A stretch of 64,000 nucleotides of DNA from an uncultured Alphaproteobacteria bacterium. GTDB taxonomy: Bacteria; Pseudomonadota; Alphaproteobacteria; ATCC43930; CGMCC-115725. The notes beneath the pieces are model-generated. The model saw nothing but the letters and a program-made list of their open reading frames with translations. It had not been told where the DNA came from and did not search any database. Of the stretch, positions 39,133-47,139 are shown piece by piece. Where the stretch lies: assembly GCA_963735465.1 (NCBI GenBank), contig CAVTLA010000002.1, positions 426,069 through 490,068 on the forward strand, read 5' to 3'. Every line of letters begins with the position of its first letter. The first letter of the stretch is position 1. A program made the translations under genes and the position numbers.

Positions 39133-40365
39133 ATGACTATGACAGTAACGGGTCACGCGACGTCTCGATGGACGTGGCGGCTGAGCGTTGCCGCGGCCGT
39201 CGTTCTGCTGTCGCTGGCACTGCCTCAGGCCGGCGCGGCGCAGACGGTGAAGGTCGGCGTCATCTTGACCTATTCCGGCCCGCAGGCCTCCCTCGGCGAC
39301 CAGATCGAGAAGGGCATCGATCTCTACGTCAAGGAGCACGAGAAGGACCTGCCACCCGGCGTGAAGCTGGAGCTGGTGAAGCGCGACGACACCGGCCCCA
39401 ATCCCGACGTGGCGAAGCGGCTGGCCCAGGAGCTCATCACCCGCGATCATGTGCAAATGCTGGCGGGCGTGGTGTGGACGCCGAACGCGCTGGCGATCGC
39501 GCCGCTCACCAAGGAGGCGAAGGTGCCGTTCATCACCATGAACGCCGCCGGGGTCACCTTCACCCGCCTCTCGCCCTATGTGGCGCGGGTCTCCTTCACC
39601 CAGTGGCAGCCGAACTACCCGCTCGGCCAATGGGCGGCGAAGCAGGGCTGGAAGAAGGCCTATACGGCGGTGAGCGATTTCGCGCCCGGCCACGACGCCG
39701 AGGCGGCCTTCATCAAGGGCTTCACCGAGGCCGGCGGCACGGTGATGGGATCGGTGCGCTTCCCGCTTGCCAATCCCGACTTCGTGCCCTTCCTGCAGCG
39801 GGTGAAGGACGACAAGCCCGACGTTCTCTTCATCTTCATTCCCGCCGGCAAGCAGGCGACGCAGATCATCAAGAGCTACGGCGAGCTCGACCTCGCCCAG
39901 GCCGGCATCAAGCTGGTGGGTCCCCAGGACATCGTCACCGACGAGGAGCTGCCGAACATGGGCGACGTGCCCCTCGGCGTCGTCACCGCCGGCAACTATT
40001 CGCCGGTGGCGAACCGCCCGGCCAACAAGGAATTCCTCGCCGCCTGGAACAAGGCTTACGGCGACAAGGCGATCCCGAACTTCATGTCGGTGGGCGGCTG
40101 GGACGGCATGGCGGCGATCTTCACGGTCATCAAGGATCTCAAGGGCAACATCGATCCCGACAAGGCGATGGCAATCCTGAAAGGCTGGAAGAATCCGATG
40201 AGTCCGCGCGGCCCGATCTCGATCGATCCCGAGACCCGGGACATCATCCAGAACATCTACATTCGTCGGGTGGAGAAGGTGAACGGCAAGCTCGCCAACG
40301 TCGAGTTCGAGACCATCCCCGACGTGAAGGATCCCTGGAAGATCCTCAATCCGGAGAAGCCCTGA
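39133..40365 (+). CDS. ABC transporter substrate-binding protein (LIV/branched-chain amino acid type)
   Basis: 410 aa from ATG 39133, after GGGAGAG. It has a signal peptide (..VVLLSLALPQAGAAQ), then VKVGVILTYSGP, typical of Peripla_BP_6-type proteins. Confidence 0.88.
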   Translation: MTMTVTGHATSRWTWRLSVAAAVVLLSLALPQAGAAQTVKVGVILTYSGPQASLGDQIEKGIDLYVKEHEKDLPPGVKLELVKRDDTGPNPDVAKRLAQELITRDHVQMLAGVVWTPNALAIAPLTKEAKVPFITMNAAGVTFTRLSPYVARVSFTQWQPNYPLGQWAAKQGWKKAYTAVSDFAPGHDAEAAFIKGFTEAGGTVMGSVRFPLANPDFVPFLQRVKDDKPDVLFIFIPAGKQATQIIKSYGELDLAQAGIKLVGPQDIVTDEELPNMGDVPLGVVTAGNYSPVANRPANKEFLAAWNKAYGDKAIPNFMSVGGWDGMAAIFTVIKDLKGNIDPDKAMAILKGWKNPMSPRGPISIDPETRDIIQNIYIRRVEKVNGKLANVEFETIPDVKDPWKILNPEKP

Positions 40366-40403
40366 GCTTGCAGCAGGGTGACGTCGCTTTTCCGGTGAGA
40401 ACG

Positions 40404-40511
40404 GCCCTCACCCTGTCCCTCTCCCGCTCGCGCGGGCGAGGGGACGCTGTTGATGTGCTGAGCACAGCTGGCCCCCTCGCCCGCGAAGCGGGAGAGGGTG
40501 GGGGTGAGGGC
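40404..40511. repeat. palindromic intergenic repeat (REP/MITE-like), family 3
   Basis: GCCCTCACCCTGTCCCTCTCCCGCTCGCGCGGGCGAGGGG (40404-40443) is an imperfect inverted repeat of CCCCCTCGCCCGCGAAGCGGGAGAGGGTGGGGGTGAGGGC (40472-40511). Confidence 0.75.
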
Positions 40512-40553
40512 GACTTATCTTTGCGGGCCGCAAGAGACTAGATCGCGCCCGCA

Positions 40554-41429
40554 ATGGACGCCGTCGCCTCCGCCGCCATCAGCATCGCCTTTCACGGCCT
40601 CGCCCTCGCGATGGTGCTCTATCTTGTGTCGGTCGGGCTTTCCATCACGCTCGGCTTGATGGGTTTCGTGAACCTCGCCCATGGCGCCTTCGCCGCGGCG
40701 GGCGGCTACATCGCGCTCACGCTGATGAACCGGCTGGCGGTGCCGTTCCCGGTCGCGCTGGCGATGGGCGCTATCGCGGTCGGCGCGATCGGCATGGTGC
40801 TGGAGCGCCTGCTCTACAGCCGCCTCTACGGCGCCCACGAGCTCGATCAGGTGATGTTCACCATCGGCCTGATCTTCATCGCGGTAGCGACGGCGAAGCT
40901 GATCTGGGGACCGCTGGCGCTGCCGGTGCAGCCGCCGGCCTATCTCCGCGGCGATATCGATCTGGGATTCCGAACCTTTCCCGCCTATCGCAGCTTTCTC
41001 ATCCTCGCCGGTGCTGTCGTGGTGACGCTGCTGTGGCTGGGATTGGAGAAGACGCAATTCGGCGCTCAGATCCGTGCCGCCGTCGACAACAGGCGCATGG
41101 CGCAGTCGGTCGGCATCAACACGCGCCGGCTCTTCACCCTCACCTTCGCGCTGGGGAGCGCGCTGGCGGCGCTGGGCGGCGCGATAGGCGCCGACATGCT
41201 GGCGATATATCCCGACTATCCCCTGGAGCATCTCATCTACTTCCTGATCGTCGTCGCGGTGGGCGGCCTCGGCAGTATTCGCGGGCCCTTCGTGGCGGCG
41301 GTGCTCCTCGGCGTCTCCGACACGGCCTTCAAATATCTGGTGCCGGAGCTCGGCGCCTTCTTCATCTACGCGCTGACCCTGGTGATCCTGCTGTGGCGCC
41401 CACAGGGATTGTTCGGGCGGGTACGATGA
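40554..41429 (+). CDS. livH: branched-chain amino acid ABC transporter permease (LivH-type)
   Basis: 291 aa, polytopic. Blocks: VNLAHGAF, and the C-terminal RPQGLFGR. Confidence 0.9.
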   Translation: MDAVASAAISIAFHGLALAMVLYLVSVGLSITLGLMGFVNLAHGAFAAAGGYIALTLMNRLAVPFPVALAMGAIAVGAIGMVLERLLYSRLYGAHELDQVMFTIGLIFIAVATAKLIWGPLALPVQPPAYLRGDIDLGFRTFPAYRSFLILAGAVVVTLLWLGLEKTQFGAQIRAAVDNRRMAQSVGINTRRLFTLTFALGSALAALGGAIGADMLAIYPDYPLEHLIYFLIVVAVGGLGSIRGPFVAAVLLGVSDTAFKYLVPELGAFFIYALTLVILLWRPQGLFGRVR

Positions 41430-42430
41430 CGCCGGCGGAAACCGCTTCCTCTGCCGCGATCGAGACCCTGGCACGGCGGCATCGGCTGCATCCGCTGGAG
41501 GTGCTGCCGTGGCTGCTGGCGGGGGCCGCCTATTTCCTCTTCCCCAACTATCTCGCCCTCGGCGCGCAGATCCTGATCATGACGCTATTTGCGCTCTCCC
41601 TCGATCTCATCCTGGGCTACGCGGGCATCGTCACCCTGGGACAGGCGGCGTTCTTCGGCACCGGCGCCTATGTGGCGGGGCTCCTCGGCGCCCATGGTTG
41701 GACCGAGCCGCTGAGCGGGCTGGTGATTTCCGGCGCGGTCGCCGGTGCCCTCGGCGCCGTCACCGGCGTCATCGTGCTGCGCACCGAGGGCCTGACGCTC
41801 CTCATGCTCACCTTGATGATCACGGTCATGGTGCAGGAAGCCGCCAACAAGGCGACGAGCATCACTGGCGGCGCCGACGGGCTCCAGGGCATCACCATCG
41901 CGCCGGTGCTGGGGCTTTTCCGTTTCGACATCTTCGGCCGCACCGCCTATCTCTACAGCCTCGCCGTGCTGTTTCTCGGCTGGCTGGCGATCCGCATGGT
42001 CGTGCATTCGCCGTTCGGCCGCTCCCTCACCGGCATCCGGGAGAACGTCGCCCGCATGCACGCGATCGGTTCGCCGGTGCGGCAGCGCCAGGTCGTGGCC
42101 TATACGATCGCGGCGGCGCTCTCCGGTGTCGCCGGCGCGCTGCTGACGCAGACGACGCAGTTCGTGGCGCTGGAGGTGCTGAGCTTTGGCCGCTCCGGCA
42201 GCGTGCTCATCATGCTGATCCTCGGCGGCGTCGGCCGACTCTACGGCGCCTTCGTGGGCGCGCCGATCTACATGCTGGCCCAGGACCGCCTTGCCGCCCT
42301 CGATCCCGCCTATTGGTTCCTGCCGATCGGCATTCTGCTGGTGGCGGTGGTGATGCTGGCGCGGGGCGGCGTGCTCGGCGTCTACGATCGTGTGGTGGCG
42401 CAGGTGCAGCGCCTGAGGACGCGGCGATGA
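41426..42430 (+). CDS. livM: branched-chain amino acid ABC transporter permease (LivM-type)
   Basis: 334 aa from ATG 41426 (ATGA overlap with the livH stop). Block: LDLILGYAGIVTLGQAAFFGTGAY. Confidence 0.9.
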   Translation: MTPAETASSAAIETLARRHRLHPLEVLPWLLAGAAYFLFPNYLALGAQILIMTLFALSLDLILGYAGIVTLGQAAFFGTGAYVAGLLGAHGWTEPLSGLVISGAVAGALGAVTGVIVLRTEGLTLLMLTLMITVMVQEAANKATSITGGADGLQGITIAPVLGLFRFDIFGRTAYLYSLAVLFLGWLAIRMVVHSPFGRSLTGIRENVARMHAIGSPVRQRQVVAYTIAAALSGVAGALLTQTTQFVALEVLSFGRSGSVLIMLILGGVGRLYGAFVGAPIYMLAQDRLAALDPAYWFLPIGILLVAVVMLARGGVLGVYDRVVAQVQRLRTRR

Positions 42431-43185
42431 CGGCGCCATCGGCTCTGGAGACGCGCGGACTCTGCAAGAGCTTCGGCGCGCTGCAGGTCGCCGACAACAT
42501 CGACTTCCGTCTGGAGCGCGGCGCACGCCACGCGCTGATCGGCCCAAACGGTGCGGGGAAGACCAGCTTCGTCAATCTCGTGACCGGCGCGCTCGGCGCC
42601 GGCGCCGGCCGCATCCTGCTGGAGGGTGAGGACGTCACCTCCCTCTCCCAGGCGCGGCGGGTAAAGCGCGGCCTGGCGCGAACATTCCAGATCAACACGC
42701 TCTTCCGCGGTCTCAGCGTGCTGGAGAACACGTGTCTCGGGATCGCCGAGCGGCTCGGCGTCGCCGGACGCCTCGTCCGCCCCGCCGGATCGCGCCGCGA
42801 CGTGATCGAGCAGGCCTACGCGGCGCTGGAGCAGCTCGGCATCGCCGACGACGCCGGCCGCCTCGTGCGCGAGCTGCCCTATGGCCGTCAGCGCCTGGTC
42901 GAGATCGCGGTGGCGCTGGGTCTGGCACCCTCGGTGCTGCTGCTGGACGAGCCCGCGGCGGGCGTGCCCTCCGGGGAGAGCGGCATCATCGTCGAAACCA
43001 TCGAGAGCCTGCCGCCTGAGATCGCCGTGCTCATCATCGAGCACGACATGGATCTCGTGTTCCGTTTTGCCCGGCGCATCACCGTGCTGGTGCAGGGATC
43101 GGTGCTGGTGGAGGGAACCCCGGCGGAGATCGCCGCCGATCCCCGCGTGCGCGAGGTCTATCTCGGCGAGGAGCACGGGCGATGA
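42427..43185 (+). CDS. livG: ABC transporter ATP-binding protein (LivG-type)
   Basis: 252 aa from ATG 42427 (ATGA overlap). Walker A: GPNGAGKTS. Signature-like block: LPYGRQRLVEIA. Walker B: LLLDEPAAG. Confidence 0.9.
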   Translation: MTAPSALETRGLCKSFGALQVADNIDFRLERGARHALIGPNGAGKTSFVNLVTGALGAGAGRILLEGEDVTSLSQARRVKRGLARTFQINTLFRGLSVLENTCLGIAERLGVAGRLVRPAGSRRDVIEQAYAALEQLGIADDAGRLVRELPYGRQRLVEIAVALGLAPSVLLLDEPAAGVPSGESGIIVETIESLPPEIAVLIIEHDMDLVFRFARRITVLVQGSVLVEGTPAEIAADPRVREVYLGEEHGR

Positions 43186-43916
43186 GCGAGCTCGTGCTCG
43201 CCGGCGTCCGCGCCGGCTACGGCGAGACCGTGGTGCTGGATGGCATTTCCCTGACGCTGCCGGCGGCGGGCGCATTGGCGGTGCTGGGGCGGAACGGCGT
43301 CGGCAAGACGACGCTGCTCGCCACCATCGCCGGTCACACCACGCTGCACGGCGGGACGATTCATTTTGCCGGCACCGGGATCGGCGGCCTTCCCGCCTAT
43401 CGCCGGGCCCGGCTCGGCATCGGCTATGTGCCGCAGGAGCGCGAGATCTTTCGCTCCCTCAGCGTCGAGGAGAACCTGACTGTTGCCGGGCGTCCCGGCC
43501 GCTGGACGCTGGCCCGGGTCTACGATCTGTTTCCGAGCCTCGCCGAGCGACGGCGGCACCAGGGCAACCAGCTCTCCGGCGGCGAGCAGCAGATGCTGGC
43601 GATCGGCCGCGCCCTCATGGGCAATCCGACGCTGCTGCTGCTGGACGAGCCCCTGGAGGGGCTGGCGCCGGTCATCGTCGAGGCCGTGCTGGCGGGGATC
43701 GTCAGGCTGGCGGCGGAGGACAGCCTCGCCTTCGTGCTGGTGGAGCAGCACGCGCGCCAGGCCCTGGCGGTCACCCAGCAGGCGATCGTTCTCGACCGCG
43801 GGGTTATCGTGCATGAAGGACCGAGCGCGGACCTCACCGCCGCGCCCGATCGGCTCGCTGCCTTGATGGGCGTGGCACGGTCTTCCGCGGGCAAAAGCAG
43901 AGGCGGGGGCGAATGA
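43182..43916 (+). CDS. livF: ABC transporter ATP-binding protein (LivF-type)
   Basis: 244 aa. Blocks: GRNGVGKTT, LSGGEQQMLAIGRAL, LLLDEPLEGLAP. Confidence 0.9.
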   Translation: MSELVLAGVRAGYGETVVLDGISLTLPAAGALAVLGRNGVGKTTLLATIAGHTTLHGGTIHFAGTGIGGLPAYRRARLGIGYVPQEREIFRSLSVEENLTVAGRPGRWTLARVYDLFPSLAERRRHQGNQLSGGEQQMLAIGRALMGNPTLLLLDEPLEGLAPVIVEAVLAGIVRLAAEDSLAFVLVEQHARQALAVTQQAIVLDRGVIVHEGPSADLTAAPDRLAALMGVARSSAGKSRGGGE

Positions 43917-44428
43917 ACTCCATGAGCGAGACGCCGGGCGCCAGCCTGCTGGAGCGCATGATCGCGAGACTGACCACCCAGCGCGACCTCCTCGCCGAGG
44001 CGGCGCGGCTGATCCAGGGGGTGGAGGGGGCGGTGCTGGAAGTGGGGCTTGGCAAGGGCCGCACCTACGATCATCTCCGCCGCCTGCTGCCGGGCCGCGA
44101 GATCCTGGCCTTCGACCGCGACCTGCATGCCCCGGCCACCGCGTCACCCGATGCCGGCCACCTTCTGCTGGGCGAGTTCACGCAAACCCTGCCGGCCGCG
44201 GCGGCGCGCATCGGCCGGACGGCGGCGCTGGCCCACGCGGACTTCGGCAGCCCCGACCGCACCCATGACAGCCGCCAGGCCCAGGTATTGGGGCCGCTTC
44301 TGCAACGACTCGTCGTCCGCGGCGGCGTCGTGCTGGCGGACCGGGAGCTCACGGTCGAGGGCTGGGTCCGGCTGCCGATCGAGCCGGCACCGGCGTGGCC
44401 CTATTTTCTCTGGCGGGTCGAGGTTTAG
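43913..44428 (+). CDS. small class I SAM-dependent methyltransferase-like protein
   Basis: 171 aa. The ATG overlaps the livF stop (ATGA). The block AVLEVGLGKGRTYDHLRRLLPGREILAFDR resembles the glycine-rich SAM-binding motif of a small MTase family. The assignment is tentative. Confidence 0.55.
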   Translation: MNSMSETPGASLLERMIARLTTQRDLLAEAARLIQGVEGAVLEVGLGKGRTYDHLRRLLPGREILAFDRDLHAPATASPDAGHLLLGEFTQTLPAAAARIGRTAALAHADFGSPDRTHDSRQAQVLGPLLQRLVVRGGVVLADRELTVEGWVRLPIEPAPAWPYFLWRVEV

Positions 44429-44452
44429 CCGCTCCGCGAAATCGGCGCCGGC

Positions 44453-44486
44453 AAAGAAAAACCCGCCGGCCTTCCGGCCGGCGGGT
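44453..44486 (-). terminator. rho-independent terminator of the porin gene
   Basis: An 11-bp perfect stem ACCCGCCGGCC/GGCCGGCGGGT with loop TTCC (44461-44486) is followed on the minus strand by TTTTCTTT (44453-44460). It lies 27 nt downstream of the porin stop. Confidence 0.8.
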
Positions 44487-44512
44487 TGATCGCTACAGCC
44501 CTTGCGGACTGC

Positions 44513-45856
44513 TTAGAACTTCCACTTCGCCGAGTACTGGAAGCGGTCGGTATTGCCAGTCTGACCGGTCTGGGTTTCGCGCTCACCGAAGATGAACTCG
44601 ATTCCGGTATCGACACTCGGAACCGGGCTCCAGATCAGGTTCACGTGAGCCGTGATGTAGTGCTTGTTCAGCGCGTTGAACGCCGACACCGTCGTCACGA
44701 AACCAGAGTCGTTCTGGAATTCGATGTACGACGCACTGGCGTTCGACCGCAGATTGTCCGCCCACCAGTGCTGGTAGCCGATCATGGCACCCCAGGCAGA
44801 GACGGACTGCGACGAGTTCACGGTCGGGTTGTTGTTCACGTACATATCAGGGCAACCACCCTGAGAGCAGTTCGGCGAGAGGTAGCGGCCCATGCCGTCG
44901 CCGCCCCAGACCTGGCCAACCAGGTCATCCTTGCCGAAGGTCTTGAAGTCGCCGCCCAGCGCGAGGCCGTAACCGAACTGCGACGTCGAGGTGGTCAGGC
45001 CGGTATTGCCACCGGTCGCGCCATCTTGATGGTCGTAGAGGTCGCGGAACACGCCACGCAGAGACACGTGGCCCCAGGGCTGCGTGAACACGCCGCCGAG
45101 GACGAAGTCCGGGATCTTCTGGTTGTTGTTCGCGTTGTTGCTGGTGCCGTAGCTGGTAGAGGCAGCAGCGCCGGAGGTCGCATCAGAGAAGCTGGTCGCC
45201 GGATTCTCCATCGCGCCGATGATGTTCAGGCCGATGCCGGTGTCGTAGGTGTACCGGATCTGCGGCTGACGGTTTGCACCGGGAACGTTGTCGCCGCCGA
45301 AGTCCAAGGTCTCAGGCTCGGCGTTCAGATCGCGCAACGCGTCGAACGTCTGACCGGCGAGGAACGGACCGATGGTGCCGTAGGCCTGACGGAGACGGAA
45401 GCCAGACGAGTTGCTCTCGGTCTGGAACGTCGCGTTGTTCGTGAGGCCGCTGGGGTTCGTGAAGTCACCTTCGATGAAGGTCTTCACTTCGCCATAAGCC
45501 GTCGGCGTGCGGGTCTGAATGTTGAACCGCGACTCTGACGCCGTCATTGCCGAGGTGCCGTGCGTGCTGTGTCCAGCGCTCGCGGCATGTCCGTAGGCGG
45601 CGTCGAGCGGAATACCGACCGCGCCCGGAGCGCCACCCACAGCGCCGGCAGACGTCGTGAAGTCGTAGAAGTAGTCGAGCTTCACATAGCCGCCCACGCT
45701 GAACGACGTGTTCGTGCCCGGAACGAGGAACGAGCCCGGATAAGAGCCCGCGCCCGGCGCGCCTTGGGCATGGGCGCCAGTCATGCCAGCGAGCAGGGCG
45801 ACGGTGGCCGTTAGGCTCCCCATTGCCGCCGCGGCTGTTAGTTTGCGAAGTTTCAT
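44513..45856 (-). CDS. outer-membrane porin (beta-barrel, C-terminal Phe)
   Basis: 447 aa from ATG 45856. Signal peptide: MKLRKLTAAAAMGSLTATVALLAGMTGAHAQ. It has alternating beta-strand patterns, a Gly/Asn/Thr/Ser-rich composition and the terminal ..YSAKWKF. Its GC is visibly lower than that of neighbouring genes. Confidence 0.85.
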   Translation of the reverse strand: MKLRKLTAAAAMGSLTATVALLAGMTGAHAQGAPGAGSYPGSFLVPGTNTSFSVGGYVKLDYFYDFTTSAGAVGGAPGAVGIPLDAAYGHAASAGHSTHGTSAMTASESRFNIQTRTPTAYGEVKTFIEGDFTNPSGLTNNATFQTESNSSGFRLRQAYGTIGPFLAGQTFDALRDLNAEPETLDFGGDNVPGANRQPQIRYTYDTGIGLNIIGAMENPATSFSDATSGAAASTSYGTSNNANNNQKIPDFVLGGVFTQPWGHVSLRGVFRDLYDHQDGATGGNTGLTTSTSQFGYGLALGGDFKTFGKDDLVGQVWGGDGMGRYLSPNCSQGGCPDMYVNNNPTVNSSQSVSAWGAMIGYQHWWADNLRSNASASYIEFQNDSGFVTTVSAFNALNKHYITAHVNLIWSPVPSVDTGIEFIFGERETQTGQTGNTDRFQYSAKWKF

Positions 45857-46236
45857 CTCTGTAACCCCCAAAGCCATGAATTCATGGACCAACGAAAGGA
45901 TGGCGTCCTTTCTGCCGTGGTAGGAGGCCCGTTTCCGCCGCCCCAAACAAGGCGAAAACGCCAAATTGGCGCTATTTTCCGGCGGATGTGATGATTCTGC
46001 AACAGATTGACGACCGTTCCGCGGGGTCGCCCGGCAACCGCCCCAACACGTCGGCATCAGTCCGAAATCTCGACGATTACCGTTCTATATCAGACGGATG
46101 ACCCATTAACCAAAAGATTGCGCCGGGCCACCGATCCCGCGCCTGCTGGCCTCCCCATGGAGAACGCCGCTATCCTCTGCCGGGCAGCAGCCGCATCGCT
46201 CCACCCCGGTCGGAACACACTTCTGGAGGACATTCC

Positions 46237-47139
46237 ATGAAGCCAAATGCGCGCACTACGTACTCCGCCATCGTCGACCGCCCGCCGTTGACGCTGCCGG
46301 CAGGGACTCGGCTGGTGATCTGGCCGATCGTCAATCTCGAGGTCTGGGAAATCGAGCGCGCCATGGCACGCCAGATCCTGCCGCCGCCCACCGGGATAAC
46401 CGTGGTGCCCGACGTGCCGAACTGGAGCTGGCACGAATACGGGATGCGGGTCGGGATCTGGCGTTTCATCGCCGCCTTCGACCGCTTCGGCATCGCGCCG
46501 ACCTTGTCGATCAACGCCAAGGTGACCGAGGACTATCGTCGGGTGTCCGCGGCCTGCCTGGAGCGCGGCTGGGAGTTCATGGGGCACAGCTTCGTCCAGG
46601 GGCCGATCCACGCGGTGGAGGATCAGCGCGGCCTCATCGAACAGTCTCTCGAAACGCTGAAAGCGTTCACCGGCAAGCGCCCGGTGGGCTGGCTCGGCCC
46701 CGGCCTCACCCAGACCTACGACACGCCCGACCTGTTGGCCGCCGCCGGCGTGCAATACATCGGCGACTGGGTCTATGACGACGAGCCCACGGAGATCCGC
46801 ACCAAGCATGGTCCGCTGGTGACGCTCCCCTATACGGTGGAGCTCAACGACATCCCCATGATGGTGATCCAGCACCACACGGCGGAAGAATTCCTCAAGC
46901 GCGCCACCGACCAGTTCGACCGCCTCTACATGGAAGGCGCCGAGCGCGCCAAGATCCTCTCCATCGCCATCCATCCCTACATAACGGGCGTGCCGCACCG
47001 CATCCGATACCTCGAGGCATTCCTGGAATACGCCAGCCGCCATTCCGGCGTCGTGTTCTGGACCGGCGAGCAGATCCTCGACTGGTATCGCGGCGCGCGG
47101 CCGGCGTCGGCAGCTAGCGCGACATCGCCGGCACCATGA
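46237..47139 (+). CDS. polysaccharide deacetylase family protein (PuuE/allantoinase-like subgroup)
   Basis: 300 aa. The blocks ..VIWPIVNLEVWE.., WHEYGMRVG, GHSF and ..IAIHPYITGVPHRIRYLE.. are typical of this NodB-fold subgroup. Confidence 0.8.
   Translation: MKPNARTTYSAIVDRPPLTLPAGTRLVIWPIVNLEVWEIERAMARQILPPPTGITVVPDVPNWSWHEYGMRVGIWRFIAAFDRFGIAPTLSINAKVTEDYRRVSAACLERGWEFMGHSFVQGPIHAVEDQRGLIEQSLETLKAFTGKRPVGWLGPGLTQTYDTPDLLAAAGVQYIGDWVYDDEPTEIRTKHGPLVTLPYTVELNDIPMMVIQHHTAEEFLKRATDQFDRLYMEGAERAKILSIAIHPYITGVPHRIRYLEAFLEYASRHSGVVFWTGEQILDWYRGARPASAASATSPAP

Noticed and set aside
44513-45856. The lower-GC porin gene as horizontally acquired DNA.
   Set aside because: Abundant outer-membrane proteins commonly deviate in composition because they are Gly/Asn/Thr/Ser/Tyr-rich and have highly-expressed-gene codon usage. 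The gene has its own strong terminator and a normal context, and there are no mobility signatures.
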